A stretch of 56,291 bases of DNA, filler included, from Bipalium vagum (Eukaryota), in NCBI GenBank assembly GCA_037834085.1. It is 3 parts of 3 records of this genome, joined end to end, with 100 filler letters (N's around TTAATTAATTAA, not from the genome) between each part and the next. Parts side by side here need not be neighbours in the genome. Positions count along the whole stretch, not along the records: positions 1 to 22,785 come from JBBMKC010216800.1; 2 more parts are not named here. One strand, written 5' to 3'. Shown piece after piece: positions 1-12,000 of this stretch (position 1 is its first letter; each line of letters starts with the position of its first letter). The notes below the pieces were generated by a model, which was not told the origin of the DNA, did not search any database, and worked only from the letters and a program-made list of their open reading frames with translations. Made by a program: the position numbers and the translations under genes.

Positions 1-354
1 TATTTTTAGCTTGACCTCCTCCTCAAAAATAAGGAATTCACATTCCATACTTCTGGATCGGAGAGCCTTCACGGAAATTCATACCTTGGTCCACCATGTG
101 CTTTGGGCATTGAGATCACTTTTGATATTATCGCTTAGCCATTTCAATGTCAAATCTAGGTCGACCGAAGTTTCTATACGAAACCTTTGTCTCACATTGT
201 GTAGCAAGGATCGGGTCAAGAGTGACCTACAGTGCTGGTCATTGCTTGTCAGAAATCGTTATCCCTGCACCATACTGCAAATGTGGTATTCATCGTATGC
301 AGGGACTATCTTGAAACCCCCAAGTGCCGTAGGGGTGTACAAATATTCACTGCT
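1..354 (-). mobile_element. Fragment of an RLE-type (NeSL/Utopia clade) non-LTR retrotransposon, post-RT region, with stop codons
   Basis: The minus strand reads EYLYTPTALGGFKIVPAYDEYHICSMVQG*RFLTSNDQ...LKWLSDNIKSDLNAQSTWWTKV*. This is colinear with KYLYSSRKVGGVGLVSILDEYYIQSLTQGFQLLYSVDD...LTWLNKGDKHCQLKCWWTKIR of the element at 53-56 kb. It runs off the window start. Confidence 0.7.
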
Positions 355-694
355 AACCACGCCTAGCACCATGACTGAAGCTGGAAACTTAGAATACATA
401 CAGGTTGGAACTTGAGAAATACCGTATACCTCTTCACCAAGTCATAAATTTGGGTCTTGTTGTATCCAAATCATTCAATTATTTCTTTTGGCTTTCTCCT
501 GGCGCGAAGTGATTCCAACATTGCGACTCTTCAGACATATTCTGAAGCCACAACTAATATTAAGTAATTCAAATTTGAATTATCTATTTTATTGATAAAT
601 TACCTTACTTAAAAAAAATAATTATCTTGATTACTCAAATAATCTTCTTTTAATACAACTTTGAAAATTTTCGGGACTTATGTCGACGCCCTTG
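346..694 (-). mobile_element. Internally deleted maT-type (DD37D, Tc1/mariner superfamily) DNA transposon, 5' portion
   Basis: Minus strand has a TIR-like end CAAGGGCGTCGACATAAGTCCCGAAAATTTTCAA (694-661). It also has an N-terminal HTH-like stretch RVAMLESLRARRKPKEIIE*FGYNKTQIYDLVKRY and the motif SKFPASVMVLGVVSSE typical of maT transposases. Confidence 0.6.
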
Positions 695-739
695 CAGCGC
701 AGGACCCATCGTTTGTTCCTGTCGCATAAAACGACCATA

Positions 740-1173
740 AATGACTGTTTACCAACCTTTAGTCTTCCTCGAAAATCTTCCGACAATTAATCAATTTTTG
801 CTTAGTCTCATTTTTGAGGCCGTTCACTGTGGACTTCAATTCCTTTTATACTGGTCAGACTACTAATCAGTCGTAGACCAGTATTATTAATGGGGAATGT
901 CAATTCTCGATTTGATTCATGATTGCCTGATCTAATCTTGGCAATTCGTGATTCGTCCTTGTCAAGACTAGATTCTTTTTGCAGAATTAAAAATTATTAT
1001 TTATTATTAATATTATTTGCACTTTATAATAATTATGATTATTTCGTTTCTGACCCTTTTGCGGTCTTTTAATAATTCATTTATAATTGTTATAAATATT
1101 CTAGACCATTTAGAGATCTTCAAACGATAATTTTAAGATGGTTAAAAGGAACGCGCCCTTGGCTTACCCAACA
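740..1173 (-). repeat. Dispersed LTR-like repeat, copy A
   Basis: Starts TGTTGGGTAAGCCAAGGGCGCG on the minus strand at 1173. The reverse complement of about 800-905 aligns with 38240-38340 (aattgacattcc.cattaat...aaaagga.ttg.a.tcc.cagtgaa). Confidence 0.5.
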
Positions 1174-2537
1174 TTATTATTGATATCAAACTAATTTAAA
1201 TTATGCGCTTATGATATAAATATATTAATAAAACAAAACAAATGTTCGATGACGCTTGCAATCAAACTAAACAGACGATTTATTATTATTAAATTTAATA
1301 ACATGTATTTTTTCTTTATATGAAAACCTCCTCTGCCATAAACTAAGAGAGTATAGTACAAGTTAAGTAATTCTCATAACAAAGATCGCCAAGAACGGCT
1401 TAGTTTCGATTCAATAACAGAAAATTGTATACAAAGAAGATGAAACCTTACTGTTTTTAATATCTTCCTTTGTTGTAACTGATGTATTTAAAATATTTCT
1501 TCAAGAATTTTCACTATTCCAAAAGCAAATACATTTTTTCAAGCTTTCTTGCATTGCCGAATATCGCATATGTTAAATCCCATGTTTCTCTATTTAATAT
1601 TTTGCGTCTTCATACTATTATAATACATAAAATAATGATAATAACAAATTTTATATATTTGACTAGAATTAATAAAAATTGTTATGAAAAAGGAAAACTC
1701 GATATTTTAATATCCGATATTAACCAAATCGCCCTGAATGCTTTATTTTTAGGAAACCCAGACTCAGTAATAATCCTTTGGGCAAATAACTCACGCAATA
1801 ATACAATAAAATTTTGTACTCTTCAACATAATAACTACGACAATATAAAATGAAAAATGTCATACTATTCTCACAATATCACACAATCAATATAAATTAG
1901 TCAACATCTGACAAATCTTACTCCCACACGTCTAGTTCCCAATATGATGTCAACAATGCACGATACGCTAACCTATCACATCATAAACAAAATATCAATA
2001 ATATTCTGTGTGTAAAATCGATCGAATAAAAAATTTAAATAATACTGATAAAATTTTTTAATAGGAACAATACACGTAACACTTACAGTAGTGAAAATAT
2101 TGAAATTTAAATAAAAAATGGAATAGGTTCATCAATTACTATAACAATGACAATCACTATTAGAGTTGGAAAATTGATTAATAAGTCTATTAGAATAAAA
2201 TATAGGGATCTCATTCGATCTAGCTGCAGAATGTTGTTTTGTATGTGTTAAATAATTGATTTAATATCAAATTAATATTGATTCTTAGCTTTAATTTTGT
2301 AACTATATATTATATATTTTAATTTATCGAAAGTGGTTGCTATTAAGGTCGCTGAATTCCTGTAAAACGCTCAGCTAATTAAAAAATCACTGTGTAAGTC
2401 TGGATTCTAAAAAAAGTTGTATAACATAAGAAAAAAGATCTGCAGTGATAACGAAGTTCAATCAAATATAGATAATGGAAAAACCAAATTCCGGTAGAAA
2501 TTTTATATGGTCTTTCAGTGTGAAAAATTGAGTATTA

Positions 2538-2814
2538 CAATGTCGTCCATATATTTTGGCCCACTCCTATAATATCCATAAATTAATAACATCATAACAT
2601 GAAAATTTTAAAAAACGCTTTATTATAACAAATGTATTTTAATAATTATAAAACATTTATTTGTAATAATTTTATCTGTAATAATAATCCAAAGCAAACA
2701 TCAGCGTGTATCTAAATTAAAGTACGTAGTTCGAATCATAAAACTTCTAATTTAAACCATAATCTACTATTATGTCCATTTTGCACGGTGGCCCAAAACA
2801 TATGGACGGTATTG
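2538..2814. mobile_element. MITE (Tc1/mariner-like non-autonomous element, 277 bp)
   Basis: 27-bp terminal inverted repeats at 2538-2564 and 2788-2814 match at 23/27 positions. The left end is preceded by TA and the interior is AT-rich and non-coding. Confidence 0.7.
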
Positions 2815-5800
2815 TTTTTCTACATCTACTTAATCAGGCAGAAAAAAAAGAAAAAACTCTTATCATTAACTGATTTTTCTTTATTTGTTATTATTTTTAA
2901 TTTTATTATTATTAAAATATCTCAATTTTTATTATTTTTATTTGGTTATTATAATGGTAAAACCAAACTATTCTTCCCATGTTAAAATTTTGGTTTCCCT
3001 AATAACAGATCAATATATATCTCTTATCTATTTCGGTATCACACCGCATGTAAAAATAATTCACTGAGAACAGCTAAGATCATTTTGATGAAGTACACAA
3101 ATGAAAATAGTCGGAGCGGAGAGATAGTTAAAAATAAAAATATATTGTTGATATTTATTTACCTCATAATTGAAGTGGTTTTAATTTTTGAGAAGTTTCG
3201 CAGATTTTTCATTATACAAATGTTAAAAGAAAAGAATAAAGAAAGAAGAAAAGTCCGGAATTCCTCTCTATCATTCCGTTGCTGTTATGATGATAAGGAC
3301 TTGATACGCATAGAGCTGCTTTGACATAGTTTGCAAGCGTCTCCATTTGTGCTCACAGAATCAAAATATCAAAACCAATTTTCTTTTAAGGCTTTACATG
3401 TAGTTTGCTCGTCTTGTCTTGCAATTGGCATTAGTTTTATGTATCGGCTGAAATGATCAATAATACCTAACATATACCTCTTTCCATCTCTGGTTACTGC
3501 GAAGGCTCCACACACATAAACAAATATTTTTTCAAATTTCACTGATGAACGTATCGGAATTGTTTGTTCTTTTACTTTTATTGTCATGGTTTTGGTTCTT
3601 TTGCAGTCCTCACTATCGTCAATAACATCTCTAACACATTCCCACATGCGTGGCATATCGAAATTTTGACACAAATATGAAGTTACTTCCCCTGCACCAG
3701 CGTGTGTCAACATTTTATGAACCGACATGATAAATTCTCTTTGTTTGTTCTCTGGGATTCACGTTTTTTACCATCCAGAGGGTTTATCTTTGAACTGTCA
3801 TTATAATTATTTGAAGCACATTCATTACGGTCGTTCAACATTGGGTTCAGCATATTGATTGACCTTACTGGATTTTTAGATGTCTTTGCGTCTTCATGTC
3901 TTATTTGATATTGAATGCATTGATGAAATCTTGTTCTTGAAATTGAATCTGCATTGTTGTGTTCACTACCATGTCTGTATTCAAATTTTATGTCCAATCC
4001 ACTCAAAAAGTTTATCCAATTTTTAAATTGTGGAATTCTATGAAACTATCATAAAAGCAATAGCTTTATGGTCCGACCTTAACATAAATCGTTTTCCGTA
4101 CAAATAGTGCCTGAAATGATTAGAAAAGTAATACATCGCCAGTAATTCCTTGCGAGTGATGTAATATTCAACTTAATGTTTGCTCATTGCATGTTAACAA
4201 TATGCCACTACAAATTCCTTGCCGAATTCATCTTTTTGAGACAGCACAGCTCCGATTGCGTCAAAACTAATATGTGTTTAAAGTAAACTCCTGCTTCAAA
4301 TCTGAAAATCTTAACAAAGGTGTGTTAGTTAAAGCTGTTTTTAAATTCTGAAACGCCTGTTCACATTTATCAGACCATATGATTTTCTTTTCTGTTGTTC
4401 CGCACAATTGTTCCAATGGTCTCGAAATGTTGGCATATCCCTTTATAAAACGACGATAATAATTTTAAATTCCTAAAAAGCTTTTCATTGTTATGACACA
4501 TTTTGGTACCTGAAATGTCTGAATAGCCTCAATTTTCGTCGAATCCGTCTGAACGCCCTTCTGATTAATTACATGACCTAGAAATTTGATTTCTGATCTA
4601 AAAAGCTTACACTTTTCTGGGTTTATTTTCAATCCTGTTTTCATTGTTTTGTTGAGAACTTCTTCTAATACAACATAATGTTCTTCAATACTGCCAGTAA
4701 AAATTAAAATATCATCAAGATAAACCATTGAAAGATTAACGAATTTTAGTACTTTTGTCATAAGCTATTGGAAGGTGCCCGGAACTGCTGCAATACCGAA
4801 TGTCATTCGGTTGAAACAAAAGTGTCCTTCCATCGTTGAAAATACTGTTTTTCTTGAGACTCCCTATCAAGTTCTACCTTGTAGTAAGGGTTACCCAAAC
4901 CGATTGAGGAAAAATTATTTGATCCCCCAAGTCTATCCATCATTTCTTCAGTATTTGGCATGGGGAACGTTAGTCTAACAGTTACTGCGTTTAGCTGTCT
5001 GAAATCTATACAAATTCTGATATCCTTCTTTTCCTTTTTCCAAACGCAGACCATAGGAGAGTAACACGCTGCGTTGCATCTACGAATGATATTATTATCG
5101 AGTAGGTTCTTCATTGTATCTTTTCTTCGAAGTGAACTGGCTGTCACCAAGGTTTTATATTAATTGGGCTTTCCGTAGTTTGAATTCTTTGTTTTACCAG
5201 ATGTGTGCATCCGATATCCCAATTACCTGCCATGAACACATTCTCATATTTCTTCACTAACCTTGCGAGTTTCTTGTTTTTATCAATCCTTAACACATTC
5301 ATTGCCCGATGAAAACGTTCCTCACTGCCAAATCTAGCTTCAATTGTACACAGGTTATTTCTTTCATTGTTTTCTTCTTGTATGGTCTTCTTCTACTGCA
5401 CCTCTAAACCAAATTTTGACAAAAGATCAAAACCTCCAATCAAGTCAGGAACAATTGTATCTACAACTATGAAACAAATCTTATCTATTTTCTCATCTAC
5501 TTGTACGGTGGTCATAATGATTCCTAATATATCTTATCTGCTATTGTCTGCACACCGAAGATGTTCTAATTTGATTGCTCTGAGGGATTCATAAACTCGC
5601 AGGCTCAAGACATTTACTTTCGCTCCCGCATCCAACAAACATTCATATTTTTGGCCATTAATTTTTATAGACATGCCTGGTCTTCCATCAATTTTGTCAA
5701 ATGTTATTTCTGATCTTCTTTTTACTCCGATTGTACCAATACCCTGTGTTGTCTGTCCCTCCTGCTATGGTCCTTTAAGAAATTTAAAAACTTTGCCCTG

Positions 5801-6339
5801 CACCTTCTGGTCCCCACTAACTACAGTTTGGGAATGGTCCTCAGACGTCAACACATGGCTCCAATCATCTCCTCATCTGATGGAGCCCAAACTTTTGGGT
5901 CTTCATCTTCAATATCTCTACGTTCACTCATGTTTTTCCTGTAATCATCAGAAACCTGGTGTTCCCAAATTTCTTCTCCTAAGCTGTTAAATAAATAAAA
6001 TAAAATAAATTTTCCATTTCTGCTCATTCCATAAGCTCTTTCTTTTCTAGCATAACCGTCCTTTTCTTTCTGGACATAATCTAGCTATGTGCCCAGGCCT
6101 ATTTATTTGGATGTGCGAAGGACAAACGAAGTCTTTCTTCAAAACCTGAGGCTTTACCTGCTGTGCTGATATATAAATCTTCTAGGTCTGGATGAATCAT
6201 CTTCTCAATTCATACTTCTCTGCCTTTCTTCTTAATTTGGGCCATGTCAAAATAGCGATTGCATGACCTGATGAACTTCTCGAAATCATCAGTACTCTGA
6301 AAAGTCTCTGGAATTAATCTTTCCAGTAATGATGTAGGT

Positions 6340-6349
6340 GTGGTCGCCA
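6340..6349 (-). promoter_or_regulatory. Primer binding site (TGGCGACCAC), probably tRNA-Arg primed
   Basis: TGG-starting sequence abutting the LTR 3' CA. It is complementary to a tRNA 3' end GTGGTCGCCA as found in Arg(UCG)-type tRNAs; the tRNA identity is an inference. Confidence 0.5.
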
Positions 6350-6475
6350 TGATAGGTTGAATTGATTCTTCCCCTAAATTATTCACTAAATGCAAAACAC
6401 TAAACTACTTTTTAAAAACTGTTTATTTATCAAAAATCATTTATATAAACAAATACTTAAAATTATTATCTAACA
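6350..6475 (-). repeat. Putative 5' LTR (126 bp) of the gypsy element
   Basis: Minus strand reads TGTTAG...CTATCA (TG...CA with near-inverted ends). It contains TATATAAA and AATAAA and is followed directly by TGGCGACCAC. Confidence 0.6.
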
Positions 6476-7199
6476 ATGATAATAATGGTGATAATAATAA
6501 TAATAATAATAATAATTATTATTATTATTATATAAACAGAATTAATTATCACGACATATCGAGATTAATCCGGTATCGCATTACAAGGGGAATTAGTATA
6601 AATGCATTAAATTCCTCAGGGGACTGCCCAGAATTTAGAAATTTTCATTCACAAGAATTTTTATTATTCCTATTATTATTTTGCGATAGGACCTACGCTG
6701 TTAGGATGTTTATGAGGGTACCTGTTTTAGCTTATCTAACGACCCCAGGACAAGTAGATAACAGAAGCAGTGAGAATTTGAGTCATTGTTTTTAATTTAT
6801 TTGTGTGCTCTCTTTATTTTACGATATTTTTAACAATTTTAATTCGCTTTTATTTATGGATTTTTTTATATTTGATTTGACTTTTTTCTTTAATATTTAT
6901 TGATTTTTGATGACATTTTGAGACTTGAGATCGATCGTGCTTGAATATTTTCGGACATTCATTTGATAAAAAGTGAACTTTATATGAAAACCTTGATCGC
7001 CATTGCCAATAGTTCTCTACAGGATAGACTCAAATTCAAACTGTAAGGCGACCAATACATTGTAAAAAGTGTTTATTATGTGTATGGTGGCAGTGAATTG
7101 AAAATGTATATTGACAGGTACTTGATTGTGGGCGAACTGTTAACTCTAATTGCTATTGTCAACAATAGGACAAAGGTCTTTTGCTAACTCGCCTAGATT

Positions 7200-7552
7200 T
7201 ATTCAATTGAAAGATGTTATTCTTCTTCACGATAAGGCAAGGTCGCACTCTCCAAAGTTACTCAAGACGAGTTTGGTTATAAAGTGTTGCTTCACCCAGT
7301 TTATACCCCTGACATCTCGCCATCAAATTATTATCTTTTCCGATCTTTGTAGAACCTCCATAAAAGTAAAATCGAGTTTGCAATTTTGATTTAAAGTCTA
7401 CTAAAATTTTTGTCAATGGAATCTACTCCTTGAAGTAAAGTAGACAGATGATTGTCGTTAATGATGGTGAATACATAATTGATTGATGTTATTCTTTATT
7501 AAATGTTATTTTTTGTTTTTTATTGTCGATTTTTTTTCCATGCACTTAATAT
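7200..7552 (+). mobile_element. Mariner transposase 3' remnant
   Basis: ILLHDKARSH, then HPVYTPDISPSNYYLFRSL and the terminal DGEYIID* in shifted frames. Confidence 0.7.
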
Positions 7553-7719
7553 TATCAGAAAACCCCAGATTTTCTGCTTGTTTTCTTTTCCTGAATGTTA
7601 ACCGGAAATTGGTCAATTTTAAAACGATTTTTTATAGATGAAAAGTGGATCCTATGTAATAATATACAAAAAAATCATTAAAATTGAAATTGCATCAATA
7701 GAGAGTAGATTTGCGATTG

Positions 7720-7915
7720 ATCGGGAATAATTTATCATGAATTTCTATCAAGAATAAATAATGAAGGTTACTGCACAAAATTGAATAATCTGAAAGCAAC
7801 TCTTGAAAAGACACGGACAATAGAAATAAGGTCATATTTCACCAAGACAATGCATAGATACAAAAAAAATCTAGTCTGGATATTCACAAATTGAACAATA
7901 TACCCTCCATATTCT
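7720..7915 (+). mobile_element. Mariner transposase internal remnant
   Basis: GIIYHEFL...YCTKLNNLKATLEK...KVIFHQDNA...PPYS across frameshifts. Confidence 0.55.
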
Positions 7916-9006
7916 GCATATATGCTAAACCGAGGTGACTCAGTTTTTCTCGTCTAAATCGCAAAAATTCTGCGAGGATGAAATTATGAAACTGTCACAG
8001 AGATGACGTGTGACGATTGAAAACAATGGCCAATATCTAACAGGTCAATGTTTGAATAAAAAATAACTTCTCTTTTAATTCGAATAATCATGACGGACCA
8101 ATCAAATATATCGGCTGTAGTAAGTAATATTGCTGTCTGAAATTCTTTGTTTTAAAATTATTGTAGTCCTACCGAATTTAAGACCCAGGTCCGAAACACG
8201 ATTTACAAAATTTGTAATGGTTCACAAAACCCACAGAAGCGAAAGAACGAAATGTAAGAAACTTTGTTTGTTTTTATTATTGAAAAGACATGGGGTGAAG
8301 GGGTTTTTGGTCTAAATAAAATTTTAAGGTCTTCACTGTTTTATTTTACTTAATTAAAAGCTCAACGGAAAAAAACCTTCAAAGAGAAAACACTATCAAA
8401 ATGAGACAAGTTTGCAGTTAGAGTGACGACGGAAAGTGAGAAAGCTATGTATAAAAAACCATCTGAACATTTATGACGGCAAAAGTCTTTCCTTTATTCA
8501 AAAGAACGTCTTTGGAAAGAAAAGATGCGAACCACAAATTTCTGATAGTGAAACGCGTGGAAAGCCGATAATCTGTTGACCTGGAATTTATTTGTTTTAA
8601 TTTTTGCATTATTACCAATACATTTAAACAAAAGTGATAATTTTGAAATTAAAATTTATTTCGAAATGTAACTGACAACGGGCTCACACAAAAGTATAAT
8701 GTAAATTCCACAAGTCGTAATAGTAATTTAAAAGTTTCTGACGAACTTATATTCTGCAGCGGCTCTTTGAGACCCTTCCACAGAGATAATAAACAGTAAA
8801 CTGGTGAGAGAATAATAACCGTTAAAAAGGGGTTGCTCAGATTCTCGATCGGCAGGTCGGCGTCGGGTTATATTGAAGCATGAAGAATATACATCAAATA
8901 GGGGGTCGGCGGTCGATAATTACCGGCCTCCTACCTCTGAAACTTCCAAGATATATTTACATAAATTCATATAAAAGTTGAGATAAAACTAAAAAAAACA
9001 CCATAA

Positions 9007-12000
9007 TCAAGATTTGACCTTCAAAGGTTCCTCTTCGTGCAAGTCTCGCGCGTTTTGAGCTTTCTCGCGATTCTTTTGTCGTCTTTCCTTCATCAACCGC
9101 TTTCGCTTAAAGAATCCACAGTAGTAGGCAATGATGATGATAATAGTGAGAAGAATTATTCCAATTATTATCGCAACAATGATGGGCCATAAGGGTATGG
9201 GTCGTTTTTCAATTATCTTCATCTTATTGAACAGAACGTTTTGCTGAACAGCAATCGGGCCGACTATCTTTCCACCGCTTACCTTAACGGGAACGCCTTT
9301 GATTGAGTTGCCAAGATTGGATTCCAACGTTGCAGCTACCGTCAAGTGGGGCACAGCTGCGTCGAAAAACGTCTTCGTAAACAGCCACGAGCGGAAATTG
9401 AAAACGAATTCACTGTTCGCCGGTACACTGTCCAATTTACAGGTCACCTCTCCACAGACCGGTATACCAAAAGCTTTCGATGGCTGATTGCATTCAATCT
9501 TTGTCTTCCTATATGTTGAGATGAAAGGGTTTGCTGTTAACTTGCCATTTTCCGAACCAATGCCCTCGACCTGTGGAGTTACATTCTCGAGAACTGTCTC
9601 GTTCAAAATGGATCGCTTCGGTCGACTGACCACTATCGGCACATTTTCCACTCCATTTAAATTCAGTGGATTCACCACTTCCGGCGAAATTGTACATTGT
9701 TCCACAACGTGAGTTTTGTTGGAGATGGAAGGCAACGCGTTCTGAAAGGTGCCATCGTTTGAAAGGCGAATCTTGTCCATAACGTACAGAATGTAATTAT
9801 TCGTTTGAGTTCGATGTGGAAAGTAAAATTTGAACTCCACGTTCTTCAAATCGGGACCTTTGTTTTCGATGATATACGAATACTTCAACTCTGTACCCAA
9901 TTCCGTTACTTCGATACGCTTGAATGGCTCCAAATACGGCGGTTTCAATCGGGAGTCGATATTAACCTCTTTCATCTTTTTCGACGACAAAGTCAAATTG
10001 GGTCTGAATACGATATCGTAGTTCAGAGCTTTGTGATTGTCAATTGAACTGTTGTCGTCATTGATCCCCCAAATGTTGAAATTGATCCCCGTTTCAGAGG
10101 TGGCATTTTCCAGTCTGGTATAGAGAATGTCAACGACGATCTTCAAATCATCTCGACTACCTTCTCTGGTTTCCAAGCGTTCTTTCACTATTATCTTAGC
10201 CTTTTGTCCGGTAGTAGTCAACTCCTTTTTACAATTGAAGGCGAAACAGTTGACATTGGTGATCAAAAGATCTGGCTTGGAATTAATGGACAAATATGTC
10301 CGTGGACTGGATTCGGGTCCTTTGTTGTTGATGATTATTTCGATTTGTCTCTGATAATCTTTCTGTTGACCATAATAAATGATTGATCCTTTCGGGTCTG
10401 GTTTGACCGTTAGATTTAGATCCGATAAACAGTTGGGTTTCGAACATAAACTCTGCGTTAGTTTGACAATCCGGTCACAGTTCAACCAGTCGATCTTGGG
10501 GACTGTGGATCTGTAACAGGATGTTTGGTTGTGTTTACAAGATCTGATTCCTCTGATGGCAGTTCTCAAAGGAGTGAGTCTTAGGTCCATGTCTTGTACA
10601 TCCATCAAGGTCTGAAGTTTGATGACATAATTATTGCCAGACAGGTTTGAGCTGATTAACTTAAACCTTTCCTCCTCCTTGTTCAAATAGTCCACCGCCA
10701 CTTGAAAGAAGTAATTGTCAAAATCAATGCGATTGTGAGAATGAAATGTCACTTTAATCTCGATTGTCTCTTCTGCCGAAAAAATAGTTGTCTTATCTGG
10801 TTCAGTCCAAGTGCAAGTAACTTTCTCTTGGTCAGGCATTTTAAAGAGCAGAGGCTTCTGATGACCAAGGGCCGTGACGAAGAAATCTGGCATTCCATTG
10901 AAATTGATGTCGAAACCCCTTGAAATGGATATCCCGAAACCCATAATTTTGCTCTCATGTACCTGTAGCGGTACTTTGGAAATTTTGCAATCTTTATTGG
11001 TTTTGTAAATGTATATTTTTCCCGGTTTCTCAAAGTTCAGACTGGGAGAACTGACAACGAACTCCTCGGAACCATCGAAATCAATGTCACCCAAACGAGC
11101 AACGGCATATCCAAAATAGTCGCCTTCGTTTTCACCGAAAACCATATCGTTTTCATGACCTTTACAAGCCAAATATACGGCACCGACATTGGAAAGTTTC
11201 TGCTTGCTCTGATAAGGCGCTCCAATAACGACGCCGTACAGATCGTTTCCCACATTGACAGTGTCCATACTTGTACCGAAACCTCCGAAAATTTGCGTCT
11301 TGGTGTCTGTCGGCAGGATCTTGTCACCATCTGATGACTGGATAAAGGGGTAGTGCTCATCACTGGCTGGAGAAGCAATGAAATGATTGCCGTCTTCGGA
11401 AAAGGCAACCGAGTAGCCAAAATTGAAAAAGTCTCCTTTGTACACCTGACCTCGATTAATCTGAAAGGACTCGGCGTGCTTCAATAAAATGGTCGAGTTG
11501 TCGAACGGTAATCCGAAAATCAGATCGAGATTCTGATCAATTGAAATGAGATCCACCGAGAACCCTCCCAGACACTTTTTGTACTTGTCACACATTTTGA
11601 AATCAAAGTTCCTGATACTGGAAGAATCCTTGATCAGAGACAGTCTACATTTTCCTGACGGATGGTTGATTTCGAAATTCGTGTCCACCCACAGCGGGTC
11701 GCAATATACAAAGGCAGCAGTGTCATTCTTTGACATGACACCTCTGACATTGGATCCAAAATATTTGGATTGGTCTCGTTTCAGATATCTCTCGTCCAAT
11801 GTTTTGCAGTCGAGCGTGAACCCCAGTCCCGTATTTCTGTTCAGTTTACTGGAACACAGAACGATAATTCCGGATATCTTTGAATAAGCAGAATTGTGGT
11901 TTTTATCCAGATTTTTCCTGGTTCCACTGAAAGCCACATAGGACACAGTCTCGAAAGACGAAGACGTACCGGAAATTCCAACCCAGTCGTAATTCTTTCC

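Larger units (their letters stand above)
3253..6475 (-). mobile_element. Degenerate Ty3/gypsy LTR retrotransposon (5' LTR-gag-PR-RT-RH-IN), 3' truncated
   Basis: Domain order on the minus strand: gag (MATTPTSLLERLIPETF..., half zinc knuckle RPGHIARLC), protease LLDAGAKVN (about 5615-5640), RT (RICIDFRQLN, VYLDDILIF, FLGHVI), RNase H (IGAVLSQ, YFSNHFRHYLYGKRF), integrase (HxxLTH...C..C, IIDHFSRY, SSPYHHNSNGMIER at about 3260-3300). It has many stops and frameshifts, and no 3' LTR was found. Confidence 0.92.

Noticed and set aside
11-3324. Plus-strand ORFs 11-415, 1482-1853, 2788-3067, 3085-3324
   Set aside because: Antisense to TE remnants or I/F/L/K/N-biased AT-rich noise; no domains or splice support.
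8162-8830. Possible solo LTR starting TGTAGTCC with patchy similarity to 38860-38940
   Set aside because: No clear 3' CA terminus with TSD could be defined; too weak to call.
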